A stretch of 64,000 bases of DNA from Elusimicrobiota bacterium (GCA_044221725.1 JBGAON010000005.1:1-64000); one strand, 5' to 3'; positions 1 through 15,000 are shown, counted from the stretch's first letter. Translations and numbers: made by a program. Notes: generated by a model not told the origin, from the sequence alone.

Positions 1-3000
1 CGATGTTCACCAGCACATTTACGTTTGCTTGACCGTTTAATGTGTTGCTTGGTCCGCCGTCAAAGATGACCGTGTGCGTGGAGGAAGGAACCGAAGCGCC
101 ACCGGTTCCGCCGCTCGTGCGCGACCAGTTTGCTGGAGTGTTCCAGTTGCCGGGGGCGGAAGCCACCCAGTAACGATCGTCGCCGAACGCCCAGTTTCTG
201 TTGTTGCCGGAATCGGCGCTTGTGAGTGGGACGATGGTATTGCCACCATAGGCATTCGAGTCCTGGACATTAACGTTCACAACGGACTGAGAGGAACCAA
301 TCATGCGGAGGTACCAGAAGAGTCCGTTGGTTGTCGAACGAAGATTGTTGTCTCTGAATTCGAGGATGTTCGTGACATTCGCCGTTGAACCGGCCGTGAA
401 GTAAAGCGTGGCGCCAGGGTTGATAGCACGCAGGGAATAGAACGTGGTTTGTCCAAGGATTGTTTGAGACGTTGCGCCATTGAATGTCACGGTCGAATTC
501 ATGCTGCTGAAAGTACCGGTGCCGCTGTTGTCCCAGTTGCCAGCAACGGTCAAGAGTTTTCCGTTCGTGCTGACGCTTCCGGCTGTGACTGTAAAGGCGC
601 CGTCGACGTCGAGTGCGTCTTGCAGCGTGGCGGTGGTGGCGAGCGTCTTGTTGATTTGAAGATCGAAGAAGTTGTCACCGGAGGATGTGACGTTCTGCGC
701 GAAGCCGCCAATGAACGTGACAGTAGAAAGTCCGGGGTTCACAAGCGCCGACGTGTTTGTCCAATCACGCTGCAATGACATTGTCGAATTGTTTAAGTTG
801 AACGCGCCGGTGTTCGTGATCGCGACATGGCTCGCCACGGTCACGGACCAATTGCTGCCGGTATCGAGCGTGCCTGCCGAAATTTTTAAATCACCGTTCG
901 TTGTTAAGGCCGATGTGAGCGTGGCGGTTGTGCCGCCCGATTTGTTGACCTGCACGTGATAGAACGTTAGTCCGTTCGAGTTAATCGACTGATCGATCGA
1001 TCCGTTGAACGCGACGGTCGACGAAACAGAATTAAATGTCGCTGCCGTGCGTGTGAAGTTGCCGCCGACAAACATTGTGTTGGTGGTCATGTTGATGGTG
1101 CCGTTTGTGAGAAAGACGTTGCTCGCGACGGTGATGGTGAACCCTTGTGTGTTCATGGTTCCGTTCAGGAAATTGAGATCGCCATCAACCCCGAGATTTC
1201 CATTCACGGCGAGTGTAGTGCCCGCGGTCTTGCTGGAGACCAAGTGATAGAAGTCGGTGCCGCCGGAGGTGAGGATCTGAGCGTTGCCGCCAATGAAGGA
1301 CACGGTGGAAGTTCCGGCGCTGAAGAATCCGCCGGTCTTTGTCCAATCAGACTGAACCGTCATTGTGGATGCGTTTAACTGCAGCGTTCCAGCGGAAATC
1401 GTCACGTAGCTCGCCACCGAAATGGCGTAATTGCTTCCCGTGTCCAATGTTCCGCCGGCAAGATTTAGGCTGCCATTTAAGTAAAGCGGTTGAATAAGTT
1501 GGACGGTACCGCCGGTTTTGTTCAGCGAGAACGTGTAAAGATTCGCGTTGCCATGGTTGATCGATTGGTTGAGAGGACCCGTTAAAGCAAAAGTTGATTG
1601 GCCGGTGTTAAATGATCCGCCTGATCGAATCATGTCCCCACCCAGTGAGAACGTGTTTGTGGTCAATGTGATAGTGCCAGTCACTTGCGTAACGTTGCTC
1701 GCGATGGTGATGTTGTATCCCTGCGTGTTTATGATTCCGGAGTAACCCGCGATCGTGAGAGATGAGATGCTTAGTGATAGATTTATGTTCGCTTGCCCGT
1801 TCGTACCCGCAACACCATCAAACACCACGGTGTGAGTGGAGGTGGGAACGGGAGCGCCAGCTTTCCCGCCACTCGAATACGACCAACTGGTTGTGGTATT
1901 CCAATTGGCAGCGCTGGTGGCGATCCAATAACGACGATCTCCGAAAGCCCAGTTTCTGTTGTTGCCGGAATCGACGCTCGTTGAATCGGGGAACAACGTT
2001 GCTCCGGGGTTGGCGTTGGAATCTTTCACGTCGAGACCAACGAGCGTCTGCGAAGATCCGTTGAACGCGAAGTACCAGGTGGTATTGTCGGAGGAGCGCA
2101 AAGAGATATTGCGCAGTTCGAGCATGTTCGCGATGTACTGCGTTGTACCGGCAGAAAAAATGAGCGGAGCACTCGGCGTGATGGCGCGCAGGCCGTAGAA
2201 CGTTGTCGAACCCGAGAGCGTTTGTGGGGCGGAGCCTGCGAACGTGACCGTCGAGACGGCGCCAATGTTTGGAGTTGTTGAGTTTCTCCAATCTCCTGTG
2301 ACGGTTAGGGCGCCGGAAAGCGTGAGCGTGCCGCCACCTTTGTTGATGAGGACGTTGGCGAACGCGGTCGCGTTGGGTGTGAGTGTTTGATTTTGCGATC
2401 CGGAGATCGTGATGGTGGATACGCCAGCATCGAACGAGCCGCCGGTGCGCAACAAATCTCCGTTGAACGTCACTTGTGAGGTACTAAACACCAAGCTTCC
2501 CGATGTTTGCGTCACGTTGCTCGAAACAATGAAGTTGTATCCGTTTGTGTTGATCTGGCCAGAGAATCCGGAAATCGTGAGACTCGACATCGTAATGTTT
2601 GTTGTGATGCTAGCGGAGCTCACGCTCAATCCGTCAAACACCACCGTGTGCGTGGCAAGAGGAACTTGGGCGCCGGGATTTCCGCCGGAGCTGTTCGACC
2701 AATTCCCCGTGGATGTCCACAAACCAAACGACGGGGCTACCCAATAGCGCACGCCAGTATCCGCCGTTTGTGAGAATACCCAGTTCACGTTGTTCCCATA
2801 GTTGCGGCTCGTTCCATCGGTCACCATCAAAAGTCCGCCATCCGGCGAAGCGTTCGAGTCGCGCACACGCAGCCCAACGAGGGTCTGGCTCGAACCGGTG
2901 TAGGAGAAGAACCATGGTTGTCCGACCGCTGTCGAAAGCAAGCTTGCGTTTCGGAACTCGACCAAGTTGGTAGCGTATTGTGTTGCGCCCGCTTCGAAAT

Positions 3001-6000
3001 AAATTGTTGTGTTGGCACCGAGCGCACGCAAGCCGTAGAACGTGGTTTGGCCCGTTAGTGTGTGATCAGCCGTGCCAGCAAATGTGATTGTGCTACCGGT
3101 GCCGATGAATGGAGTTGAAGAGTTCGTCCAGTTGCCCGTCACGACGAGACTGCCAACGAGATCCAGTGTTCCGCCCGTCTTGTTAATGACCACATGCGCA
3201 AACGCGGTGGCGTTCGGCGTGAGCGTTTGATTCTGATTTCCGGAGATTGTGATTGTCGATGTTGCCGCGTCAAACCTGCCACCGGAACGAATGAGGTCGC
3301 CATTAAACGTTACTTGCGAAGTGCTGAGCGCAATGCCACCGCTCGTCTGCGTGACGTTGCTCGCGACGGTGATGTCGTAACCTTGCGAATTGATTGTCCC
3401 CGCGTATCCCGCGATCGTGAGGGAGGCAATGTTCACAGAAACATTCACATTGGCTTGACCATTGAATCCGTTAGCGCCATCGAAGACGACGGTCTCTGAG
3501 CTGACCGGCACAGAGGCACCGGAGCTGCCTCCGCTCGCGTAAGACCAGCTCGCGGTCGAGTTCCAATTCGCCGGAGCGGCGCTCACCCAATAACGTGTGC
3601 CGGATGTACCGAACACCCAGTTGCGATTGTTGCCGGCGTTCGAACTTTGTGTATCGGCAAATAGCGTGGATCCGAAATTCGCGTTCGAGTCTTGAACGGT
3701 GACGTCGATAATCGTTTGACTCGACCCGGTGTATTTGAAATACCACGTTGCATTGTCTGTGGTGGAGCGTAGAGATACGTCGCGGAATTCGACGATGCCG
3801 GTAACGTGGTTGGTTGACCCTGCCGTGAAATAAAGCGTGCTGCCATTTGTAATCGCCCGCAGGGAATAGAACGTGGTTTGCCCCAAGATTGCCTGCGATG
3901 TTGCGCCATTGAACGTGACGGTTGAATTCGTTCCGGTGTATGTTGCTCCGAGCGAATTGTTCCAGTTGCCTCCGATAACGAGGGCTTTGCCGTTGGTGTT
4001 TATCGTTCCGCCGGCGATCGTGAAAATACCATCGACATCAAAAGCGTCTTGCAGTGTGGCGACCGTGTTCACGTTCTTGTTAATTTGGCAGCCAAAAAAG
4101 TTGTCGCCGTTGGACGTAATGCTCTGCGCAAACCCGCCAATGAACGTGACAGTAGAAAGTCCGGGGTTCACAAGCGCCGACGTGTTTGTCCAATCGCGTT
4201 GGAGCGACATCGTCGAGCTATTGAGATTGAATGCACCGGTGTTCGTGATCGCGACAAAACTCGCAACGGTCACGGACCAATTGCTGCCGGTGTCCAATGT
4301 TCCCGCGGAAATTGCTAAGTCGCCGTTCGTGGTTAACGGAGATACAAGGGTCGCTGTGGTGCCACCGCTCTTATTGAGGTTGACGGTGTAGAAGATCAGG
4401 CCGTTGGGATTAATGGACTGATCAATGAAGCCATTGAACGCTACAGTAGAGCGGTTGGCGTTGAAGGTGGTGGCGGCGCGTGAGAAGTTTCCGCCAACGA
4501 AGAACGTGTTGGTGGTCATGTTGATGATGCCGTTTGTGAGGAAGACGTTGCTCGCGACGGTGATGGAGAACCCTTGTGTATTCATGGTCCCGTTCATGAA
4601 ATTGAGATCCCCATCAACACCAAGATTGCCGTTAACAGCAAGCGTTGTGCCCGCGGTCTTGCTGGAGACCAAGTGATAGAAGTCGGTGCCGCCGGAAGTG
4701 AGAATCTGAGCGTTGCCGCCGATGAAGGACACAGTGGAGGTTCCGGCGCTGAATGTTCCACCGGTGTTCGTCCAGTCGCGTTGCACGGACATTGTTGAGC
4801 CATTCAATTGCAGAACGCCGCCCGTGAGGGTCACGTGACTTGTAACGTTAACGGCCCAATTGCTAGGCGTGGTGTCGATCGTGCCACTGTTCACCACCAA
4901 GCTGCCATTCAAGTTAAGCGCTTGAACAAGCGATGCCGTGGTTCCGTTTGTTTTGTTCACGTTCAGCGTGAACAACGTTGCGTTGCCAACGTTGAGCGAC
5001 TGATTCAGTGTTCCGTTCAGTGTAAGCGTCGAAGCGGCAGTGTTGAATGTGCCTCCGGTGCGAATGAAGTCACCGCCAAGCGTGAGAGTGTTGGTCGTCA
5101 TGGTCAGGGTGCCGCTTACTTGCGTGATGTTGCTTGTGACCGTGACGTTGTAGCCCTGAGTGTTGATCGTGCCGCTGTAGCCGGAAATAGTGAGCGAGGC
5201 GATGTTCACCAGCACATTTACGTTTGCTTGGCCGTTCTTGTTGTTCACACCATCGAAAATAACCGTGTGCGTGGACGAAGGAACCGAAGCGCCACCGGTT
5301 CCGCCGCTCGTGCGCGACCAGTTTGCTGGGGTGTTCCAGTTGCCGGGGGCGGAAGCCACCCAGTAACGATCGTCGCCGAACGCCCAATTTCTGTTGTTGC
5401 CGGAATCAGCGCTTGTGACTGGGACGATGGTATTGCCACCATAGGCATTCGAGTCCTGGACATTAACGTTCACAACGGACTGAGAGGAACCAATCATGCG
5501 GAGGTACCAGAAGAGTCCATTGGTTGTCGAACGAAGATTGTTGTCTCTGAATTCGAGGATGTTCGTGACATTCGCCGTTGAACCGGCCGTGAAGTAAAGC
5601 GTGGCGCCAGGGTTGATAGCACGCAGGGAATAGAAGGTGGTTTGTCCAAGGATTGTTTGAGACGTTGCGCCATTGAATGTCACGGTCGAATTCATGCTGC
5701 TGAAAGTACCGGCCCCGCTGTTGTCCCAATTTCCACCCACAGTGATGGCGCGACCATTGGCGCTGATGCTGCCGGCGGAAATCGTGAAAATTCCGTCGAC
5801 GTCGAGTGAGTCTTGTAGCGTGGCGATGGTGGCGAGCGTCTTGTTGATTTGAAGATTGAAGAAGTTGTCACCGGAGGATGTGACATTCTGCGCGAAGCCG
5901 CCAATGAACGTGACAGTAGAAAGTCCGGGGTTCACAAGCGCCGACGTGTTTGTCCAATCGCGTTGGAGCGACATCGTCGAGTTATTGAGATTGAATGCAC

Positions 6001-9000
6001 CGGTGTTCGTGATCGCGACAAAACTCGCAACGGTCACTGACCAATTGCTGCCGGTGTCCAACGTTCCGGCCGAAATTGCTAAGTCGCCGTTCGTGGTTAA
6101 CGGAGATACAAGGGTCGCTGTGGTTCCACCGCTCTTATTGAGGTTGACGGTGTAAAAGGTCAGACCGTTGGGATTAATGGACTGATCAACGAATCCATTG
6201 AACGCTACAGTGGAGCGGTTGGCGTTGAAGGTGGTGGAGGCGCGCGAAAAGTTTCCGCCAACGAAGAACGTGTTGGTGGTCATGTTGATGATGCCGTTTG
6301 TGAGGAAGACGTTGCTCGCGACGGTGATGGAGAATCCTTGTGTGTTCATGGTTCCGTTCAGGAAATTGAGATCGCCATCAACACCAAGATTGCCGTTAAC
6401 AGCAAGCGTTGTGCCTGCGGTCTTGCTGGAGACCAAGTGATAGAAGTCGGTGCCGCCGGAGGTGAGGATCTGAGCGTTGCCGCCGATGAAGGACACAGTG
6501 GACGTTCCGGCGCTGAAGAATCCGCCCGTCTTAACCCAATTGCGCTGGACGCTCACCGTTGAACTGTTCAGTTGCAATGTTCCACCAGCAATGTTCACAA
6601 ACGATGACACGTTGATGGCCCAGCCCGCTCCTGTGTCGAGTGTGCCATTGTTCATAACCAAACTTCCGTTCAAGTTGAGCGCTTGCGCCAGAGTGGCCGT
6701 GGTTCCATTGGCCTTGTTCACGTTCAATGTGTACAGCGAAGCGTTTCCGCTGTTGATCGATTGGTCCACGGTCCCGTTGAGCGTCAATGTGGACTGCGCG
6801 GTATTGAATGTGCCACTGCTGCGAATTAAGTCGCCGCCTAGAGTGAGCGTGTTCGTTGTCATTGTGATCGTTCCGCTCTGTTGCGTAACGTTGCTTGTGA
6901 CCGTGATACCGAAGCCCTGCGTGTTAATCGTGCCGATGTAGCCGGCGATTGTAAGGGATGCGATATTGACCGTGACATTGACGTTGGCTTGACCGTTAGA
7001 GTTGTTCGCGCCGTCGAACACCACGGTGTCGGTTGACGCGGGAAGCGGCGCGCCACCGGCGCTACCACTGGCGTAAGACCAATTTGCTATTGCGTTCCAA
7101 TTGGCGGCTCCCGAGCTCACCCAATACCGTGTATTGATTCCGCCGAACGCCCAGTTGCGGTTGTTTCCGCTGTTTGTGCTCGCGGGATCCGGAAACAGCG
7201 TGGTGCCAAAGTTCGCATTCGAGTCTTGGACAGTGGTATCGACAATCGTTTGACTCGATCCGTTGTATTTGAAGTACCACGTGGCATTGTTCGTGGTTGA
7301 TCGCAGAAAAACATCGCGGAACTCGACAATGCCCGTGACCGAATTTGTGGAACCGGCGGAGAAGTAGAGCGTGCTTCCGGGCATAATCGCGTGCAGCGAA
7401 TAGAACGTCGTTTGCCCGAGAATAGTTTGAGACGTGGCGCTATTGAATGTCACCGAGGAATTTGTGCCGGTATACGTGCCCGTTCCCGCGTTATTCCAAT
7501 TGCCGCCGATCGTCAGCGATTTTCCGATGGCGGAAATCGTGCCGGCGGTGATCGTAAAGCTCCCATCGGCGTCGAACGTATCTTGGAGCGTCGCTACCGT
7601 GTTCGCGGTTTTATTGATCTGGAAATTAAAGAAGTTGTCACCGGAGGATGTGACATTCTGCGCGAAGCCGCCAATGAACGTAACAGTAGAAAGTCCGGGA
7701 TTCACAAGCGCCGACGTGTTTGTCCAATCGCGCTGCAATGACATCGTCGAGTTATTGAGATTGAACGCACCGGTGTTCGTGATCGCGACATGGCTCGCAA
7801 CGGTCACGGACCAATTGCTGCCTGTATCGAGCGTGCCCGCCGAAATTTTTAAATCACCGTTCGTTGTTAAGGCCGATGTAAGCGTGGCGGTTGTGCCGCC
7901 CGATTTGTTGATCTGCACGTGATAGAACGTTAGTCCGTTCGAGTTAATCGACTGATCGATCGATCCGTTGAACGCGACGGTCGACAAAACGGAATTAAAT
8001 GTCGCTGCCGTGCGTGTGAAGTTGCCACCGACAAACATTGTGTTGGTGGTCATGTTGATGGTGCCGTTTGTGAGGAAGACGTTGCTCGCGACGGTGATGG
8101 AGAATCCTTGTGTGTTCATGGTTCCGTTCAGGAAATTGAGATCGCCATCAACCCCGAGATTTCCATTCACTGCGAGTGTAGTGCCCGCGGTCTTGCTGGA
8201 GACCAAGTGATAGAAGTCGGTGCCGCCGGAGGTGAGGATCTGAGCGTTGCCGCCGATGAAGGATACAGTGGACGCTCCGGCGCTGAAGAATCCGCCCGTC
8301 TTAACCCAATCGCGCTGAACGCTCATCGTTGATGCGTTCAGCTGTAGCGTGCCGCCAACAATGTTCACGAACGACGTGACGTTGATCGCCCAGTTGCTAG
8401 GCGTGGTGTCGATCGTGCCATTGTTCACCACCAAGCTGCCATTCAAGTTGAGCGCTTGAACAAGCGATGCCGTGGTTCCGTTTGTTTTGTTCACGTTCAA
8501 CGTGAACAATGTTGCGTTGCCAACGTTGAGCGACTGATTCAGTGTTCCGTTCAGTGTGAGCGTCGAAGCGGCCGTGTTGAATGTGCCTCCGGTGCGAATG
8601 AAGTCACCGCCAAGCGTGAGAGTATTGGTCGTCATGGTCAGGGCGCCGCTTACTTGGGTGATGTTGCTTGTGACCGTGATGTTGTAACCCTGCGAATTGA
8701 TGGTGCCAGCGTAGCCTGAAATAGTGAGCGAAGAGATGTTTACGGCGACATCAATGTTGGCCTGACCATTTTTCGCATTAAAACCATCAAAAATAACCGT
8801 GTGCGTGGACGAAGGAACCGAAGCGCCGCCGGTTCCACCGCTCGATCGCGACCAGTTGGCGGTCGAACTCCAGTTGCCGGGGGCGGAAGCCACCCAATAA
8901 CGATCGTCACCGAAGGCCCAGTTTCTGTTGTTACCGGAATCAATACTCGTCGTTGGCAAAATAGTGTTCCCAACGTACGCGTTGGAATCTTGGACGTTCA

Positions 9001-12000
9001 CGCTTACCACCGTTTGCGAAGACCCCATCATTCGCAGATACCAGAAGAGTCCGTTGCTGCTCGAGCGCAAAGAATTGTTTCTGAATTCCAAAATGTTCGT
9101 AATGTTATTTGTCGAGCCAGCCGCGAAATAGATCGTGCTTCCCGTCGTAATGGCGCTCAACGAATAGAATGTGGTTTGTCCGAGAATTGTCTGAGAGGTT
9201 GCGCTGTTCAGCGTGACAGTAGAATTCATGCCGCTGAATGTTCCGGCTCCGCTGTTATCCCAGTTGCCGCCGACGGTCACTGATCGACCATTCGTGGTGA
9301 TGGACCCGGCCGTGATGGTGAAGATTCCGTCGACATCGAGCGTGTCTTGCAGAGTTGCTGTCGTCGCTACTGTTTTGTTGACCTGCAAGCCAAAGAAGTT
9401 GTCGCCGGAGGATGTGATGCTTTGCGCGAATCCACCGAGCAATGTGACTGTGGAGAAACCTGGGTTCACAAGCGCGGACGTATTCGTCCAGTCACGTTGG
9501 AGCGACATTGTTGAGTTGTTTATGTTGAACGCGCCGGTGTTCGTGATCGCTACGTGACTGGCCACCGTCACCGACCAATTGGTTCCGGTATCGAGCGTAC
9601 CTGCGGTGATGCGCAGGTCGCCATTGGTTGTTAGCGGTGACATAAGAGTTGCGGTCGTGCTTCCGGATTTGTTGATCTGCACGCTGTAGAACGTGAGTCC
9701 GTTTGGACTGACGGACTGATCGACTATGCCGTTAAACGAGACGGTGGAGAGCACGGAGTTAAACGTCGTTGCGGTACGAGCGAAGTCTCCGCCGACAAAG
9801 AACGTGTTGGTCGTCATGTTAATCGTACCGTTCGTGAGGAACACGTCGCTGGCGACGGTAATCGTGTAGCCCTGGGTGTTCATGGTGCCGTTCAGGAAAT
9901 TGAGATCGCCATCAACCCCGAGATTTCCATTCACGGCGAGTGTAGTGCCCGCGGTCTTGCTGGAGACCAAGTGATAGAAGTCGGTGCCGCCGGAGGTGAG
10001 GATCTGAGCGTTGCCGCCTATGAAGGACACCGTGGATGTTCCAGCGCTAAAGAAGCCACCGGTCTTCACCCAATCGCGTTGCACCGACATTGTCGATGCA
10101 TTCAACTGCAGCGTACCGCCCGTGATGCTCACGTGGCTCGTGACGTTCACCGCCCAGTTGCTTGGTGTTGTATCGAGCGTTCCATTGGTCAAGAGGAGGC
10201 TGCCGTTCAAATTGAGCGTCTGAACGAGGGACGCCGTGCCGCCGGATTTGTTTATGTTCAGCGTGAAGAGTGTCGCGTTTCCGTTGTTGAGAGATTGGTT
10301 TGTTGCTCCGTTCAATGTGAGAGTGGAAGCGGCCGTGTTGAACGTGCCCCCGGAACGAATCATGTCGCCGCCAATTGTCAGGGTGTTGGTTGTCATGGTG
10401 AGCGTTCCGCTGACTTGTGTGACGTTGCTCGCTACCGTGATGTCGTACCCTTGCGTGTTGATGAGTCCGGTGTAGCCGGCAATGGTGAGCGAGGAAATGT
10501 TCAAAACGTTGTTCACGTTCGCTTGGCCGTTTGTTCCACCGGCACCATCGAACACAACCGTGTGAGTGGAGGTGGGAACCGGTGCGCCCGTTTTTCCGCC
10601 GCTCGAATACGACCAGCTCGTTGTCGCGTTCCAATTGTTGGTGCCGGTGGCCGCCCAATACCGCCGATCTCCGAACGCCCAATTTTTATTGTTGCCGGAA
10701 TCAACGCTCTGCGCGTCGGGGAACAGCGCTACGCCCAAATTGGCGTTCGAGTCTTTGACATCCAGATTTACGAGAGTCTGAGAAGACCCACCAAAAGCAA
10801 AATACCACGTGGTGTTATTGGTTGATCGCAAATCGATGTCGCGAAACTCAACCATGCTTGTTGCGTATTGTGTCGTTCCCGCAGCAAAGAAAAGGGTCGC
10901 ACCCGGGGTGATCGCTCGCCATCCGTAAAACGTTGTCGAACCGGACAGCGTTTGAATCGTCGGGCCCGCGAATGTCACGGTAGAGACAGACCCGATATTC
11001 GGCGTGGTTGTGTTCTTCCAGTCTCCAGTAACAATCAGTGCTCCCGACACTGTCAGGGTGCCCGCCGTTTTGTTGATCACGACGTTGGCGAATGACGTCG
11101 TGTTGGGCGTCAACGTTTGGTTCTGGCTTCCGGAAATTGTGATCGTGGAGTTTCCGGCATCGAAGGCGCCGCCAGCGCGCAGCAAGTCTCCGTTCAGCGT
11201 CACTTGCGACGTACCGAACACCAGGCTTCCCGATGTTTGGGTGACATTGCTTGAAACGGTGAAAGCGTAGCCATTTGTGTCGATCAGTCCGGAAAATCCT
11301 GCGATCGTCAAACTCGAGATCGTAACGTTTGATGCGAAGTTCGCGTTGCTAACGCTGTTCCCATCGAACACGACCGTGTGGGTTGCGAGCGGAACTTGTG
11401 CGCCTCCGGGGCCGCCCGCGGTGTTCGACCAATTTGCCGAGGAATTCCATTGTCCGGCAGAAAGTGCAACCCAATAGCGGACCCCGCTGTCCGCTCCTTG
11501 CGCAAACGACCAATTCGTATTGTTGCCAAAATTGCCGCTGGTGTTGTCGGCCGCCATCACGCCGCCGGCGCCGGGCGATGCGTTGGAGTCTCTAACGTTC
11601 ACGTTCACGACCGTTTGGCTCGAGCCTTTGTACGAGAAATACCACGTGGCTCCATTGGTGGGGGAAAACAACCCAACGTTTCGAAACTCCAATGTGTTGG
11701 TTACGTATTGTGTGGATCCCGCAGCGAACTGAACGGTCGCGTTTGCCGTGATGGCACGCAACACGTAGAACGTGGTGTTGCCCGAGATTTTTTGAAGTGA
11801 CGTCCCGGCAAATGTCACGGTGCTTGTTGCTCCGATGTTCGGTGTCGTTGTGTTCGTCCAATCGTTTGTAACGAACAACGAGCCAACGAGCGAAAGTGTT
11901 CCGCCGGATTTGTTGATCGACACATAAGCGAAGTTCGTGCTGTTCGGCACGAGCGTTTGATTCTGAGTTCCGGAGATGGTGATTGTTGATGCGCCCGCAT

Positions 12001-15000
12001 CGAACGAACCGCCGGTTCGCAGCAGGTCTCCTTTAAAGGTTACTTGGGATGTGCTCAATAGGAGGCTGCCGCTTGTTTGCGTAACGTTGCTCGCAACCAT
12101 GAGGTCATAGCCATTCGTATTAAATATTCCGGTGTAGCCAGAGATGGTCAGCGATGCGATGGTCACAGAAACGTTAATGTTCGCTTGTCCATTCGCTCCG
12201 CCAACGCCATCGAATACTACCGTGTGCGTCGCCAGCGGGACTTGGGCTCCGCCGTTTCCGCCGGAACTGTTGGACCAATTCCCCGAATCATTCCAAAGCC
12301 CCGCTGCTGGTGCGACCCAATATCGCACGCCCGTGTCCGCTGCTTGTGGAAACGCCCAATTCGTGTTGTTGCCGAAACTGCGACTTGTCGCGTCCGCGGT
12401 CATGACAGTCCCAGCACCGGGCGAGGCATCGGAATCTCGAACGCGCACGGTAACAATCGTTTGACTCGATCCTTTGTAAGCAAACATCCATTTGGATCCG
12501 TTTGTCGGCGAGAACAAACTGATATTTCGAAACTCCACCATGTTGCGAACGTACTGGGTTGTCCCCACAGCGAATTGCAACGTCGCGTTTGTCGTGATGG
12601 CGCGCAACGCATAGAACGTGGTGTCGCCGGATATTTTTTGCACCGTGGCGCTATTGAACGTTACCGTGCTGCCGGTTCCGATGTCCGGCGTTGTTGAGTT
12701 TGTCCAATCGTTGCCAACGAACAGCGCACCAGCGAAAGCAAGAGTTCCGCTCGGTTTGTTGATGTGCACGTTGTAGAAATTAATGCCGTTCGGGTTGATC
12801 GATTGCCCACCGCTTCCATTGAAAACGATGGTTGATTGGTTCGCGTTAAAGGTCGTACTTGTTTCTGTGAAATTGCCACCAACCGTGACGGTTGATGTTC
12901 CGAGCGTCCACGTGCCGAGAGAGAGGTTCGCGCTGCCCGCAATCGCAACCCAATTGTTTTGAGAGAGGAACGTTCCGTTTAATTGCGACCAATCGCCATC
13001 AATTCCGAGACCGCCGCTCAATGTCAAGTTTGTTCCTGCTGTTTTGCTCGAAACGAAATTAAAAAAGTCGGTACCACCGGGTGTGAGCGTTTGCGCGTTG
13101 CCTCCGATAAAGTTCACGGTGGATGTGCCAGCGACGAACGCGCCGCCGGTTTTTGTCCAATCGCGCTGGACGCTCATTGTTGAGCCGTTCAGCTGCAACG
13201 TGCCGCCAGCGAGGTTCACGTGGCTCGTGACATTGATAACCCAATTGCTCCCGGTGTCGAGAGTTCCAGCGTTCATTGTGAGATTTCCATTTAAGTTAAG
13301 CGCTTGAACGAGCGAGGCGGTGCCGCCGCTTTTGTTGACATTCAGTGTAAACAGCGACGCGTTGCCGCTGTTGATCGATTGATTGCCTGCGCCATTAAGG
13401 GTGATGGTCGACGCAGCCGCATTGAACGTTCCGCCGCCGCGAATTAAATCGCCGCCGATAGTGAGAGTGTTCGTGGTCATTGTGATTGTTCCGTTCGCTT
13501 GGCTCACGTTGCTCGCGACCGTGATGTTGTAGCCCTGAGTGTTGAGCGTACCGGTGTAACCAGAGGAAATTGTTAAGGACGAAATGGTGACGGCCACATC
13601 GACGTTTGCTTGGCCGTTTGTTCCGCCCGTGCCGTCGAACACAACCGTGTGGGTCGACGTTGGCACGGGCGCTCCGGTTTTTCCTGCGCTCGAATAAGAC
13701 CAGCTCGCGGTCGATCCCCAATTCGACGCTCCACTGGCAACCCAGTAACGTCGATCGCCGAATGCCCAGTTGCGATTGTTGCCCGTGTCGTCGCTGGCCG
13801 CATCGGGGAACAGTGTGCGGCCTTGATTCGCGTTTGAATCTTTTACGTCCACGTTCAAGAGCGTTTGACTCGAACCGCTAAACACAAAATACCAGGTCGT
13901 GTTGTTTGTTGATCGCAGCGAAATATTTTCCAAGTCGAGAATAGTCGTTACGTAATTAGTGGAGCCCGCGGTGAAGTAAAGCGTGGTGCCCGACGTCGCG
14001 GCGCGCATCACGTAAAACGTTGTGGATCCAGAAAATGTTGTTTGCATCGCGCCATTGAAAATTACCGTGGAAGAGTTTTGCGTGAACGTGCTGTTGTTTA
14101 CCCAATTGCCGCCAACGGTCATCGAACTGTTGGCCGCCGTAAATGTTGCGGCCGCATTAATCAGCACGCCACTCGACACCAGCACAACCGGATTGTTTGT
14201 TGATCCCGTGGCGCCGCCGGCATTTGCTCCATCGCCGATCGTGAGATTGTTATTGATCCTGATCGTTTGGCTTGCGGCGGTGCCAAGCGTGTGCGACGTC
14301 GCGCCCGCCGGTTTAATTTCCAAATCGTAATAACCGTTTGTGCCAGCGCTTCCCGCGAACGCCGAAATGTTGGTCGCGCCATTTCCGGTGTAACGTACGA
14401 TGCCGGTGGAATACGTGAACGTTCCAAGATTGCTGAAAGGTGTTCCCGCGCTTGTGAGCTCAAGGGTGTTCGATCCGTTCGCGTTCAGCTCGTGCGCTGC
14501 GGCGATGGCCATCGTGGATACCTTCACCGAAGATCCTAGGTTGATGCGCGGCGTTGCACGGCCACCTTCGATTTTCACCCAGCCCATATCCTGCTTTGTC
14601 GCGTTGTTATCGGTCCACGTCATTGTGCCGCTCGGTTTGAACGTCATTGAGCTTGTTCCTTTCGTGAACGTTGCGCCCAAATTGAGAATCACGTTACCCG
14701 AAGAATAGATCACGGCGTTGTTGGGGGCGTTCGTCAGCGTGACGGCATTTGTTCCATCTCCGACTTCGAGATCGGACATGCGAATTGTTCCCGGACCGAA
14801 CGTTTTTGTCGTGCCGGCCACCGTTGGTTTGATCCACAGCTCGTTGTAGCCGCCGCCGCCCCAGGCCGCCGAGATGGTTTGGTTTTGTGTTCCTCTAAAA
14901 TTCACAATGCTGCTTGTGCCGGCGCTCAACGTCGCGCTCGTTGAAAAATTGATCGCGTTTAAAATATTCAGTTGACCCGCGCCGCCGCTCATGTTGAGCA

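Noticed and set aside
1..13750. Repeats as a CRISPR array or DGR template/variable repeat pair
   Set aside because: Units are hundreds of bp, coding and in frame. There are no spacers, cas genes or reverse transcriptase, and differences are not confined to adenines.
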